A stretch of 64,000 bases of DNA from Sedimentisphaerales bacterium. GTDB taxonomy: Bacteria > Planctomycetota > Phycisphaerae > Sedimentisphaerales > SM23-30. The stretch covers positions 1,733,473 through 1,797,472 of the forward strand of contig OY759675.1 of the NCBI GenBank assembly GCA_963662515.1, written 5' to 3'. Below are positions 33,345-42,380 of the stretch, piece by piece; position 1 is the first letter of the stretch, and each line of letters starts with the position of its first letter. Under the pieces are notes generated by a model. The model worked only from the letters and a program-made list of their open reading frames with translations, ran no database searches and had not been told where the DNA came from. A program made the translations under genes and the position numbers.

Positions 33345-35399
33345 ATGGAGCAGAGGAAGAGAATTTTGAGAAAACTTATAATATTATTTGTATTATTTAT
33401 GGCTTCTTTGAGTTTTGGCGATGCAGTTGTTGTCAATCCAGGATTTGAATCAGTCAGTAACGGTTGGGCGACGAACTGGTCTAAATATCCTGATATTGAG
33501 ACTGATAGTATTTACTATGCCTTAAAGAGTGATAATAAGCATTCAGGTAGTTATTCAGCCAAGATAGCTGCTCGTAATGGATACGGCATGATCTATCAAG
33601 AGGTTAGCAGTGGTTTTAATGTCGGACAGAAGTATTTATTTAGTTTTTACGGATTAGGCGATACCAGTAGCTCCTGGATAATTGATGAGCCGCAAGATCG
33701 AATTGAGGTATATGTAAAATTTGTGAGTTCATCAGGAGCTACAATATCAGAACCATATTCGGTAGTATTTGATGGAAATGATCAGACTGATATACCAACA
33801 CTCAGCAGTAGTCAATGGAAGAAATCGCAGGGTTTTGAGTTCACCATTCCCAATGGGACAGTATCATTTCTCCTGAAGATAGTGGCGGTTGATGGTTCTC
33901 CTGATGGCACTGCTACTGATGGAACCTCTGTGTTGATAGATGATGTGGAACTGTCATTAGTAACTGAATCGGCTACGGACCCTGTTCCAGCAGATGGCAG
34001 TATAAATATAAGTGCGGGAGAAGTGCATTTGAGTTATACGGCAGGTACAGATCCGGCAGGTGGGGGTGGAGTTAATCCTGAGATTACAGGTTATTATATA
34101 TATCATGTTACTTATGATCTTAATGCAGACCCGGGCGTTCCTGTCTTTAGTGCGTATGAATTTAATGCAGGGACAGTATATCCAGAAGGTGGCACTGGGC
34201 TTGTATTTGGTACAAATAAGGCAGTTTACTGGCGTGTTGATGCCAGTATAAATAATTCGGCGGCGGGTTCAGCAGAGACTATTACTGGTCCGATCTGGAA
34301 GTTTACAACAGCGAATTCGAGTATAAATATACTTGGTCCTGACAGTCAGAGTGTATTTGAGGGTGAGTCAGCTGTGTTTTCAGTACAGGCTCAGAGTGAT
34401 ACTGAGATTGTCTGGTATAAGTGGTATGGCCAGTCAGGTACTCTATTATTTGAAGGTGCAACTGCTGCCACATTGACTATTGATGATGCCAGAGTAAATG
34501 ATATTGGCAGCTACTATTGCATAGTAAGAGACCTGAATGGGCAGGAAAAAGCCAGTAGTCCGGCAGACCTCTGGGTATCAGGTATAATGCTACAGTATAG
34601 TTTTGAAGATGGGTTGCTTGATGCTGCAGGCAATTGTTATGGTACATTGCGAAATGCAGTATCAGGTCAGGTTATCTCTGAGAATTATTGTGCGGGAGTT
34701 GACGGCGATGGTATTGTTCTTGATGGAGAGTCATATATCGATCCAGGTGATAGTCTGGTACCAGACAGTGAGATGGGGATTTATGCCGGGACATTTTGCT
34801 GTTGGCTGCGGAGTACTGGTTCTGGTACAGGAGTTTTAGCAGGCTGTTATAATAGTGCAGATCTGAGCTGTTTTAATGTTTCATTGCAATCAGCAGATCA
34901 GGTTTATTTTCATCTTCGTTCCAATGATAATTCTCTGGTACAGCTTCAATTGCCGGTTAATACGGTTAGCGATGGTCAATGGCATTTCCTTGCTGTCAGT
35001 TGGCAGTTAAATGCCTCAGTATTGGTATTATATGATGGTGAAATTATTTGCCAGACGCCCTGGCTGAGTAAAAGAGCTGTTTTTTCTCCCTGGCAGCAGG
35101 TTATGACATTAGGAGCGTTGAACAGAGCTGGGGATAAAGAACACTGTTTCAGCGGTGAATTAGATGAACTTGAATTTTATAATTATGCTCTTAATGGATA
35201 TGAGTTAATTGGATTGTATAATCGCTGGGCCGTTGACCCTGTGAGTATTTGCCTGGATAATTATGCCAGTTGTGCCGATCTGGCCGGTCCGGACGGAATT
35301 GGTGAATCGTATGCAGATTGCCAGGTCGATCTGTACGATTTTGCTGCTCTGGCAGTCAACTGGTTAGAATGTGGATTGTATCCGGTAATTTTAGAGTAG
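33345..35399 (+). CDS. Secreted modular protein P1: CBM4/9-like - WRVD Fn3-like module - Ig (I-set)-like - LamG - dockerin-like tail
   Basis: The start was moved to 33345 to give a signal peptide (MEQRKRILRKLIILFVLFMASLSFGDA). VVNPGFES...NGW opens the CBM-like domain. Other markers are YWRVD...GPIWKFTT, WYKWYG...GSYYCIV, a LamG block (GQWHFLAVSW...LDELEFYNYAL) and the tail DCQVDLYDFAALAVNWLECG. Confidence 0.75.
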   Translation: MEQRKRILRKLIILFVLFMASLSFGDAVVVNPGFESVSNGWATNWSKYPDIETDSIYYALKSDNKHSGSYSAKIAARNGYGMIYQEVSSGFNVGQKYLFSFYGLGDTSSSWIIDEPQDRIEVYVKFVSSSGATISEPYSVVFDGNDQTDIPTLSSSQWKKSQGFEFTIPNGTVSFLLKIVAVDGSPDGTATDGTSVLIDDVELSLVTESATDPVPADGSINISAGEVHLSYTAGTDPAGGGGVNPEITGYYIYHVTYDLNADPGVPVFSAYEFNAGTVYPEGGTGLVFGTNKAVYWRVDASINNSAAGSAETITGPIWKFTTANSSINILGPDSQSVFEGESAVFSVQAQSDTEIVWYKWYGQSGTLLFEGATAATLTIDDARVNDIGSYYCIVRDLNGQEKASSPADLWVSGIMLQYSFEDGLLDAAGNCYGTLRNAVSGQVISENYCAGVDGDGIVLDGESYIDPGDSLVPDSEMGIYAGTFCCWLRSTGSGTGVLAGCYNSADLSCFNVSLQSADQVYFHLRSNDNSLVQLQLPVNTVSDGQWHFLAVSWQLNASVLVLYDGEIICQTPWLSKRAVFSPWQQVMTLGALNRAGDKEHCFSGELDELEFYNYALNGYELIGLYNRWAVDPVSICLDNYASCADLAGPDGIGESYADCQVDLYDFAALAVNWLECGLYPVILE

Positions 35400-35507
35400 T
35401 GGTCGCAAATGCGGTCACAGAAAACATAATGGCAGTGCACGGTTATTATGTATATGGTAAATAAAGACTGAGTTCTTTTTGTTATTTTTTTAGGAAGGAA
35501 TAAGACT

Positions 35508-37469
35508 ATGAAAAAGATGGTGTTCTGGTGTTTGGCTATGCTTGCAGGTTCGGCGGCACAGGCCAATATGGTATTAAACCCTGGTTTTGAGTCCAATATG
35601 GATAACTGGACAACCTATCTTTCGCCGGTAGGTGTGACTAGTGTTTACTTTGCGGTAAAAAACGAAGCTGTTTATGATGGAGCCTGGGCAATGAAAATAG
35701 CGGCCAGAAATGGTTACGGCCTTATCCATCAGACAATTAGTGTTCCTGCCGGTGCTAAATTGAATCTGTCATTATGGGCATTAGCAGTAACTGGTAACTG
35801 GATGATGAATGAAGCTGGTGATATAGTTGATGTTCATTTTAAGTTTATGGATGCTAACGGTGTGGAAATATCACAGCCTGGCTTTGTCGCCTTTGATGGT
35901 GATCCATCAACAGATGCTCCGATTTTGACAAATCCTGATTGGCAGGAGTATTCTGTTGAAGTAGATGTGCCAGCCAATGCGGTTTCAGTAATGCTGAAGA
36001 TTCGCGCACTTGACGGTTCTATTGATGGAGGAACCATAGATGGTACAGGTGTGTATATTGATAATGTATTACTGACAAGCAGCCCGGTACCGATGCTGCC
36101 AGTACTTGAGCAGACCGCTGATCTGGTCAATAATAAGGTAGATGCTACTCTTACATGGCAGGCTGCTAATGAAGCGGGCGTAGCTCTGGCTGATATTGTT
36201 GACCAATATGTTTTTATGAGTTCGGCAACAGACCCGAACCTGTATTATATCGGTGCTACTGGTGACCCAGGCAGTGACCCTGCATCAAGTTTTGGTTCAT
36301 TGACCCTTGAATTTGATTCTACCTATAAATGTCAGGTAGTTGATGTGCTTTCCGGTCAGGAAAAGCCTATGGTGGAAAATGTGACTCAGCCGTCAAGTCT
36401 TGATCCTAACAGCATATACAGTGCAGTTTGGACCTTTGATTCGATAGCTTCTATTCCGGTTGTAATTACCAATCCGGCTGGTGGTCTAATTAGTGTTGGT
36501 GATGATTTTATAATGGAGGCAGAATTCCAGAGTCCAACAGCTATGACATATAAGTGGTATTATTCAGCTGACAACATTTATGGTGATGATGTTGAGCTTG
36601 ACTCTACTGATGACAGTATAACTCTTAATGAGGTAGCTGCCAGTTCTCAGGGTTATTATTATTGTGCGGCAGTTAATGCCAGCACTACTACAGTTAATTC
36701 GGCAATGGCTTATCTTGAGGTTGGCCAGTTGGTACTGTCATATCCAATGGAGAATTCTTTGGATGATGTAGTTGGTATTAACCACGCTACACCTTCTAGT
36801 ACAGAGCCTTTAGTTTATGTGACGGGTGTAGTGGGTGATTATGCGGTTTCCTTTAACGGTACAACGCAGTTTGCCGTTATGCCATGGGTGGTTTATAATA
36901 GCTTTACTATTGAGTACTGGGTTAAAACTACTTCTGTAGGAGGCACCGGCCAGTGGTTTAATGGTATTGGCCTAATAGATGGTGAAATGAGTGGTACGGT
37001 GAATGATTTTGGTACTACCGTATTAAGTGGTAAGCTGGCCTTTGGTGTAGGTAATCCTGATACCACCATTGTTTCTACAGCTTCTATTAATGATGATCAA
37101 TGGCATCATTGTGTAGCAACTCGTGACCATGTTACCGGAGAAATGGCTATCTATGTTGATGGTGAAATGGAAAACTATCTGGCTAATGGTCCTGCTGGCA
37201 CCAGAAAGGCTGCAAATGATCTCAGAATAGGTAAAAAGAGATTTGGCACAGGTTATCTTAATGGTGCTATTGATGCTGTCAGAATGTATAATTTCCCAAT
37301 GAGTGAAATTGAAGTGGCAGATCTGTACTATGAATATACTGGTAAGAAGGTATGTATCCAGTCAGATAAGCCTGAAAATGATCTGAATGATGACTGTGTA
37401 ATAAATATAGCAGACTTTGCGGTGATAGCAGAAGCCTGGCTCGAAAGTGGTTTGTATCAGGGACAATGA
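35508..37469 (+). CDS. Secreted modular protein P2: CBM4/9-like - Fn3-like - Ig-like - LamG - dockerin-like tail
   Basis: It has a signal peptide (MKKMVFWCLAMLAGSAAQA) followed by MVLNPGFES. Other markers are YKWYYS...GYYYCAAV, a LamG block (DQWHHCVATRD...IDAVRMYNFPM) and the tail DLNDDCVINIADFAVIAEAWLESG. Confidence 0.78.
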   Translation: MKKMVFWCLAMLAGSAAQANMVLNPGFESNMDNWTTYLSPVGVTSVYFAVKNEAVYDGAWAMKIAARNGYGLIHQTISVPAGAKLNLSLWALAVTGNWMMNEAGDIVDVHFKFMDANGVEISQPGFVAFDGDPSTDAPILTNPDWQEYSVEVDVPANAVSVMLKIRALDGSIDGGTIDGTGVYIDNVLLTSSPVPMLPVLEQTADLVNNKVDATLTWQAANEAGVALADIVDQYVFMSSATDPNLYYIGATGDPGSDPASSFGSLTLEFDSTYKCQVVDVLSGQEKPMVENVTQPSSLDPNSIYSAVWTFDSIASIPVVITNPAGGLISVGDDFIMEAEFQSPTAMTYKWYYSADNIYGDDVELDSTDDSITLNEVAASSQGYYYCAAVNASTTTVNSAMAYLEVGQLVLSYPMENSLDDVVGINHATPSSTEPLVYVTGVVGDYAVSFNGTTQFAVMPWVVYNSFTIEYWVKTTSVGGTGQWFNGIGLIDGEMSGTVNDFGTTVLSGKLAFGVGNPDTTIVSTASINDDQWHHCVATRDHVTGEMAIYVDGEMENYLANGPAGTRKAANDLRIGKKRFGTGYLNGAIDAVRMYNFPMSEIEVADLYYEYTGKKVCIQSDKPENDLNDDCVINIADFAVIAEAWLESGLYQGQ

Positions 37470-37482
37470 TCTCCTTTTCTAA

Positions 37483-37515
37483 AGCTGGTGGCCAGTGTGC
37501 CACCAGCTTATATAA
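37483..37515 (+). terminator. Terminator-like hairpin after P2
   Basis: A perfect 10-bp stem pairs AGCTGGTGGC (37483-37492) with GCCACCAGCT (37499-37508), followed by TTATATA, which is a weak U-tract. Confidence 0.45.
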
Positions 37516-37605
37516 CATACAAAAGAGAATAAAAGAGAGAAAGCAGATAGGGTTTAACTGTAGTTTATTACTGATTTTTTAACCCCTATTTTAAGGAATG
37601 ATATT

Positions 37606-38286
37606 ATGAAGAAGTTATTTGTAAGTTCGCTGTTGTTTTTGGCCGCAGGTGCTCAGGCTAATCTGATCGTGAATCCTGGTTTTGAGTCTGTTACTGGTGC
37701 AGGCACTTCTGCTTCGCCTTATATGCCTACAGACTGGACAACCTATTATAAGTCTGCCTCTTATTCCGCTGTATTTTTTGCAGCAAAGAATACACCTGTT
37801 TATGACGGTGATTATAGTATGAAGATAGCCGCCAGAAATAGTTATGGCATGATCCACCAGACTGTATCAGTCGTTGCCGGTTCCGAACTTAATCTTTCAT
37901 TTCAGGCATTGGGTGACACCAATGGAGATTGGGTAATGGATGAACCTGGTGATATAGTTGATGTGTATCTGAAGTTCATGGATGCTCAGGGCGCGGAGAT
38001 ATCGCAGCCTTCTTTTGTCGCATTTGATGGCGATGAGAATACTGAAGCTCCGATCCTTTCATCTGCAACCTGGCAGTTATTCAGTAAGGATTTTGTTGTC
38101 CCTGAAAACGCCCAGAGTCTTATGGTAAAGATCAGGGCAGTTGATGGCAGTCAGGGTATTAACGATAAAGATGGTACATCGGTATATCTTGATGCCGTTT
38201 CTTTAACCGTAGTTCCTGAGCCGGTTACTCTGGTTTCACTGGCATTAGGCGCTGTTGGTGTTATGCGTCGTAGAAATATCCGGTAA
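37606..38286 (+). CDS. Secreted CBM4/9-like domain protein with a PEP-CTERM sorting signal (P3)
   Basis: It has a signal peptide (MKKLFVSSLLFLAAGAQA) and a domain highly similar to the N-domain of P2. The C-terminus VPEPVTLVSLALGAVGVMRRRNIR shows a PEP motif, a TM helix and a basic cluster. Confidence 0.85.
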   Translation: MKKLFVSSLLFLAAGAQANLIVNPGFESVTGAGTSASPYMPTDWTTYYKSASYSAVFFAAKNTPVYDGDYSMKIAARNSYGMIHQTVSVVAGSELNLSFQALGDTNGDWVMDEPGDIVDVYLKFMDAQGAEISQPSFVAFDGDENTEAPILSSATWQLFSKDFVVPENAQSLMVKIRAVDGSQGINDKDGTSVYLDAVSLTVVPEPVTLVSLALGAVGVMRRRNIR

Positions 38287-38407
38287 ATAATTGTTAATAT
38301 GTAGCAGTTATATTATTATGTATTTCTGAATTTAAATGTTAAATGTAACAGGTATTTGCCTGATGATCGTTGTTCAGGAATATTACTGAACGGTTACGCT
38401 AATTTTG

Positions 38408-38442
38408 GCGGGCGTACAATAAATGTATGCCCGCTATTTTCT
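38408..38442 (+). terminator. Terminator/attenuator-like hairpin between P3 and P4
   Basis: GCGGGCGTACA-ATAAA-TGTATGCCCGC forms an 11-bp stem with one G-U pair, followed by TATTTTCT. It lies 22 nt upstream of the preferred GTG start of P4. Confidence 0.5.
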
Positions 38443-38463
38443 GAAAATCAGCAGAGGTTATTT

Positions 38464-41400
38464 GTGAAGATAAGTAGATTTTCTATTATAGTATTATCGA
38501 TATTGATGTCTGTAATTGGTATGCCAGCTATTTCGGAAGCTGCAGGTCAGGTATATGACATAGTGGTTTACGGCGGCAGTTGCTCTGGTGTTACTGCCGC
38601 AATACAGGCTAAAAGAATGGGCCGGTCAGTAGTGCTTTTATGTCCGGAAGAACATATTGGCGGGCTGACTATCAGCGGTCTGGGATGGACTGACACCAAG
38701 GATGTAAATGCTATAGGTGGTTTAGCTCGTGAATTCTATCATCGTATTTGGCAATATTATACCGATCCGGCAAAATGGGTATATCTGCAGCGAAGCAGTT
38801 ATACCAGCTATGTCTCACAGTCAGGCCTTTGCATTCAGGATGATAATCAGACAATGTGGACTTTTGAACCTCATGTAGCTGAGCTGATCTATCAGCAGTG
38901 GCTTGAGCAGGAGGGTGTTACTGTAATTACTAATTGCTGGTTGGATCGTAGCCCAGGAGGTGTGGTCAGATCCGGCGATCGTATAACTGCTATAAAAACT
39001 CTTACTTATAATACAGAAAATGGCTTTGTTCCTGCGGATACCTTCGTTGGTAAAATGTTTATTGATACCTCTTATGAGGGTGATCTGATGGCTGCTGCCG
39101 GAGCGGCTTATCGTAGAGGTCGTGATTCTAACAGTGAATATAATGAAACACTTAACGGTGTATATTTTAAGTCAACAGACCTTAGTCCCAGTAAGTCGCC
39201 GTATTATGGAATAGATCCTTATGTGGATCCGGGAAACCCTGAAAGCGGCTTTATTGATGGTGTAGAAGCTGAATTTGATGATTTTAATTCAATAGGAAAA
39301 GGTGATAACAGATTACAGGCTTTTAATTTGCGTATGTGTCTGACCGATGTTGCCTCTAATAAGTTAACTATCAGTAAACCAGTGGGTTACGATGAGGCTC
39401 AATATGAACTCTTATTGCGTTTGTTTGAAGCCGGCCAGAAGCCCGGTTTTACTTCACAAAGAATGCCAAATCTGAAAACAGATTCTAATAATAGCGGGCT
39501 TATGTCTCTTGACTGGCCGGGTGGTAATTTTATTGCTGCTCATAATTGGGTTTATTCTGAGGCATCATATACCGAAAGAATGAACTTTAACAAACGGCAG
39601 CAGGACTATGTGCATGGGTTACTCTGGACAATGCAGAATCACCCAAGAGTGCCCCAGTCGATCCGTACTGAAAGAAGTAAGTGGGGACTGGCTAAAGATG
39701 AATTTACCGATAATGATCATTGGCCCTATTTCGTCTATGTTCGCGAAGCCAGAAGGCTTGAAGGCGAAATGGTTATGACCGAACATCATGTCAAGATGGC
39801 AGATGGGTATGTGGTTAGTGATTCTATTGGCCAGGGGTCATATTCGCTTGATTCGCATGTTGTTCGCCGCGTTGTTATAGATGGTACGATCTGGGATGAA
39901 GGTGGTTTTTATCTCTGGTGGAGTACCAGTTATCCGATAAGCTATCGGTCAATTGTGCCTCGTCGTGGTCAGTTAAGTAACTTGCTGGTTCCAGTATGTC
40001 TTTCAGCCAGTCATGCGGCATTTGGCAGTATCAGAATGGAGCCAACCTATATGATCCTGGGTCAGTCAGCAGCTACTGCTGCATCTCTGGCTATAGAATA
40101 TGACCAGGATGTGCAGGATGTCTCTTATGACATACTTCGTACCAGACTGCTTCAGGATGGACAGAGGCTTAAAGAGTCGTTTTCTTCAAGATACCCGGCA
40201 ATATTACTTAACTTTGGAGCTACAGTAAATAACGACAGTAACAGTCCGGCCCATGCCATTGGCAAGGTTATTGGTAATAGCTGGAATCTGGTCACAGGTG
40301 ATGTTGCCAGCGGTTTGGTTGCCTCTGATAGCAGTCCGACAAATATTAGTGTAGATCTGGGTAAAACTCAGCCGCAGACTAAAGTTATTGACTGGGACAG
40401 ACATGGTTTTATAAATAGTTCACTTGGGTCAGCGGTCAATTCAGGTATTTATAGCGGCAATGCCCGCAGTGCCACATATGTAGATGATCCGGCTGGTTCA
40501 GGTGTTGCACTTGGCGTTCGTATTTCCGGGCTGGCACCTGCTGTATATAGTCTTTATTCAACCACTATCAATACTAATACTTCCAGTTCTGATTCATATG
40601 CTATATATGCTTTTGCTGCCCAGGCAGGAACGGTTGATACAGACTTTAGTGGATATTCCCCGACAGTAATGGCAAATACCAGAACTACAGGTTCATGGCT
40701 GTTCGACAAAAACTTCAAACTTTGTACTATATCAGTTAATCAGGGTTCGGATCTCATTCTGGTAGTCGAGGGTTTGTCAGATGCTGGTTATCGTGGCTTT
40801 ATCAATACCTTAGAGGTAGTGAGAGTTTCAGACTCTCCTTTGTCGCCAGTTATTATTGATGAACCACAAAATACAGGGGTATATTATTCTGATGATCCGG
40901 ATTTTGTCGGTCCTGGTATGCTGTCATGCAGGTTTCGCAGTGCATTAGAGCCGGCTGTGCAATGGTACAAGTATGTCGATGGTATAAATGACCTGATTCA
41001 AAACCCTTCTTCAATTTCGGGGCCTGATTACGATGAGGGAAGTGGTTGTTATTTAACCACTCTTGCCTTTGTTGATGTATCAGATAGTGTTCAAGGTGAT
41101 TATTATTGCAAGGTTAGTAATGATGAAAGTAGTATTGTAAGTGACACAGCCAGGGTTCGCATAAATAAGACACTGGCACACTGGACGCTGGATAGTGACG
41201 ACATGGTTGGTGGTTTATACCAGGATATGAGCGGTAATGATCATAATGCTACTATTTCGGGTACTCCTGATTTTATCGCAGGTGTAAACGGGTTGCCATC
41301 AACCGGTATAGTATTGAATTCAGTTAATGGCTCTGCAGTAGCAGGTAACTGGGACCCATCTGCCGATAGTAACAGTTTTAGTCTGGCGGTTTGGGTTAAG

Positions 41401-41958
41401 TGGCTCAGTGGTGGTACTCAAACCAGTATAATTGCCGATAAGGGCCTTGGTTGGTCATCAGAGCTTATGCGTTGGACATTGGCTATCAATCCATCAACCA
41501 ACAAGATCAACTTTGTTTCGGCTGCTGATAGCAGTTTTCAGACATCTATCAGTCAGACTGAATTTGAGGCAGGGCAATGGCATCATATTCTGGTGACTCA
41601 TGATGGTAGTGGCAACCAGGCCAGATTATATATAGATGCAGAACTGGCTAATAGCGGTTCTTTGGTATTGGGCAATAAAACAGACAGTCCATTATATCTT
41701 GGAAGTGATAGTAGCGGCCGATATTTTAACGGGTCACTTGATGATATCAGGATTTATAACCGGGTTCTCACACAAAAAGAGATATTAAATGTATATAATG
41801 TTCTGGCTCTTGAGAAAAAGCAGGTATGTGCGTTCGATTCAGGGGCAGGACAATTTGATATATCAGGTCCTGATGGACAAAGTGATTGTGTGGTTGATGT
41901 GTATGATTTGATGCTACTGTCAGCGCATTGGCTTGAAAGCGGCAAGGTCCAGCCCTGA
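38464..41958 (+). CDS. Secreted FAD-dependent oxidoreductase-like domain fused to an unknown beta-rich domain - Ig-like - LamG - dockerin-like tail (P4)
   Basis: I prefer the GTG at 38464 (RBS AGAGG upstream), which gives the signal peptide VKISRFSIIVLSILMSVIGMPAISEA. The FAD dinucleotide motif is YDIVVYGGSCSGVTAAIQAKRMGRSVVLL...GGLTISG. Other markers are VQWYKY...GDYYCKV, a LamG block (GQWHHILVTHD...LDDIRIYNRVL) and the tail DCVVDVYDLMLLSAHWLESG. Confidence 0.75.
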   Translation: MKISRFSIIVLSILMSVIGMPAISEAAGQVYDIVVYGGSCSGVTAAIQAKRMGRSVVLLCPEEHIGGLTISGLGWTDTKDVNAIGGLAREFYHRIWQYYTDPAKWVYLQRSSYTSYVSQSGLCIQDDNQTMWTFEPHVAELIYQQWLEQEGVTVITNCWLDRSPGGVVRSGDRITAIKTLTYNTENGFVPADTFVGKMFIDTSYEGDLMAAAGAAYRRGRDSNSEYNETLNGVYFKSTDLSPSKSPYYGIDPYVDPGNPESGFIDGVEAEFDDFNSIGKGDNRLQAFNLRMCLTDVASNKLTISKPVGYDEAQYELLLRLFEAGQKPGFTSQRMPNLKTDSNNSGLMSLDWPGGNFIAAHNWVYSEASYTERMNFNKRQQDYVHGLLWTMQNHPRVPQSIRTERSKWGLAKDEFTDNDHWPYFVYVREARRLEGEMVMTEHHVKMADGYVVSDSIGQGSYSLDSHVVRRVVIDGTIWDEGGFYLWWSTSYPISYRSIVPRRGQLSNLLVPVCLSASHAAFGSIRMEPTYMILGQSAATAASLAIEYDQDVQDVSYDILRTRLLQDGQRLKESFSSRYPAILLNFGATVNNDSNSPAHAIGKVIGNSWNLVTGDVASGLVASDSSPTNISVDLGKTQPQTKVIDWDRHGFINSSLGSAVNSGIYSGNARSATYVDDPAGSGVALGVRISGLAPAVYSLYSTTINTNTSSSDSYAIYAFAAQAGTVDTDFSGYSPTVMANTRTTGSWLFDKNFKLCTISVNQGSDLILVVEGLSDAGYRGFINTLEVVRVSDSPLSPVIIDEPQNTGVYYSDDPDFVGPGMLSCRFRSALEPAVQWYKYVDGINDLIQNPSSISGPDYDEGSGCYLTTLAFVDVSDSVQGDYYCKVSNDESSIVSDTARVRINKTLAHWTLDSDDMVGGLYQDMSGNDHNATISGTPDFIAGVNGLPSTGIVLNSVNGSAVAGNWDPSADSNSFSLAVWVKWLSGGTQTSIIADKGLGWSSELMRWTLAINPSTNKINFVSAADSSFQTSISQTEFEAGQWHHILVTHDGSGNQARLYIDAELANSGSLVLGNKTDSPLYLGSDSSGRYFNGSLDDIRIYNRVLTQKEILNVYNVLALEKKQVCAFDSGAGQFDISGPDGQSDCVVDVYDLMLLSAHWLESGKVQP

Positions 41959-42000
41959 GGGCGTTTTCAGGTTAATATCATAGTTCGAATCTCTTCTTGC

Positions 42001-42025
42001 AGCCTGGGTAAAAACCAGGCTTTTT
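42001..42025 (+). terminator. Rho-independent terminator ending locus 1
   Basis: AGCCTGG-GTAAAAA-CCAGGCT is followed by TTTTT. Confidence 0.75.
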
Positions 42026-42380
42026 AAATATATTTTCCGATTCCTCCGTTATTCTGTCTAAATCTCAAAGGGTGGATTTCAGACCTATAACTCAGAAATT
42101 CATAGTATGAGAGTGATATTTTTATTATGTTTTATAACTATATTATTGGACTTAAATGATTTGGTGTGGCTTGGGTACGGCATGTCGTAATATCTTGCGT
42201 AAGTATTGTTGGGTAAAGGCATTATGTGTTGTTGTGGTGATAGTGTGCTTTTCAGATCCAGTCTGGTGAATTCTAAATGTTAAAAAAAAGTGCGTTTTAG
42301 TAAACATTTTCAATTTTTATGTTAAAAAAAAGGGTCACAGGGTAATTGCTATAGTGGAAAAGTACGATTGATAGACTATT

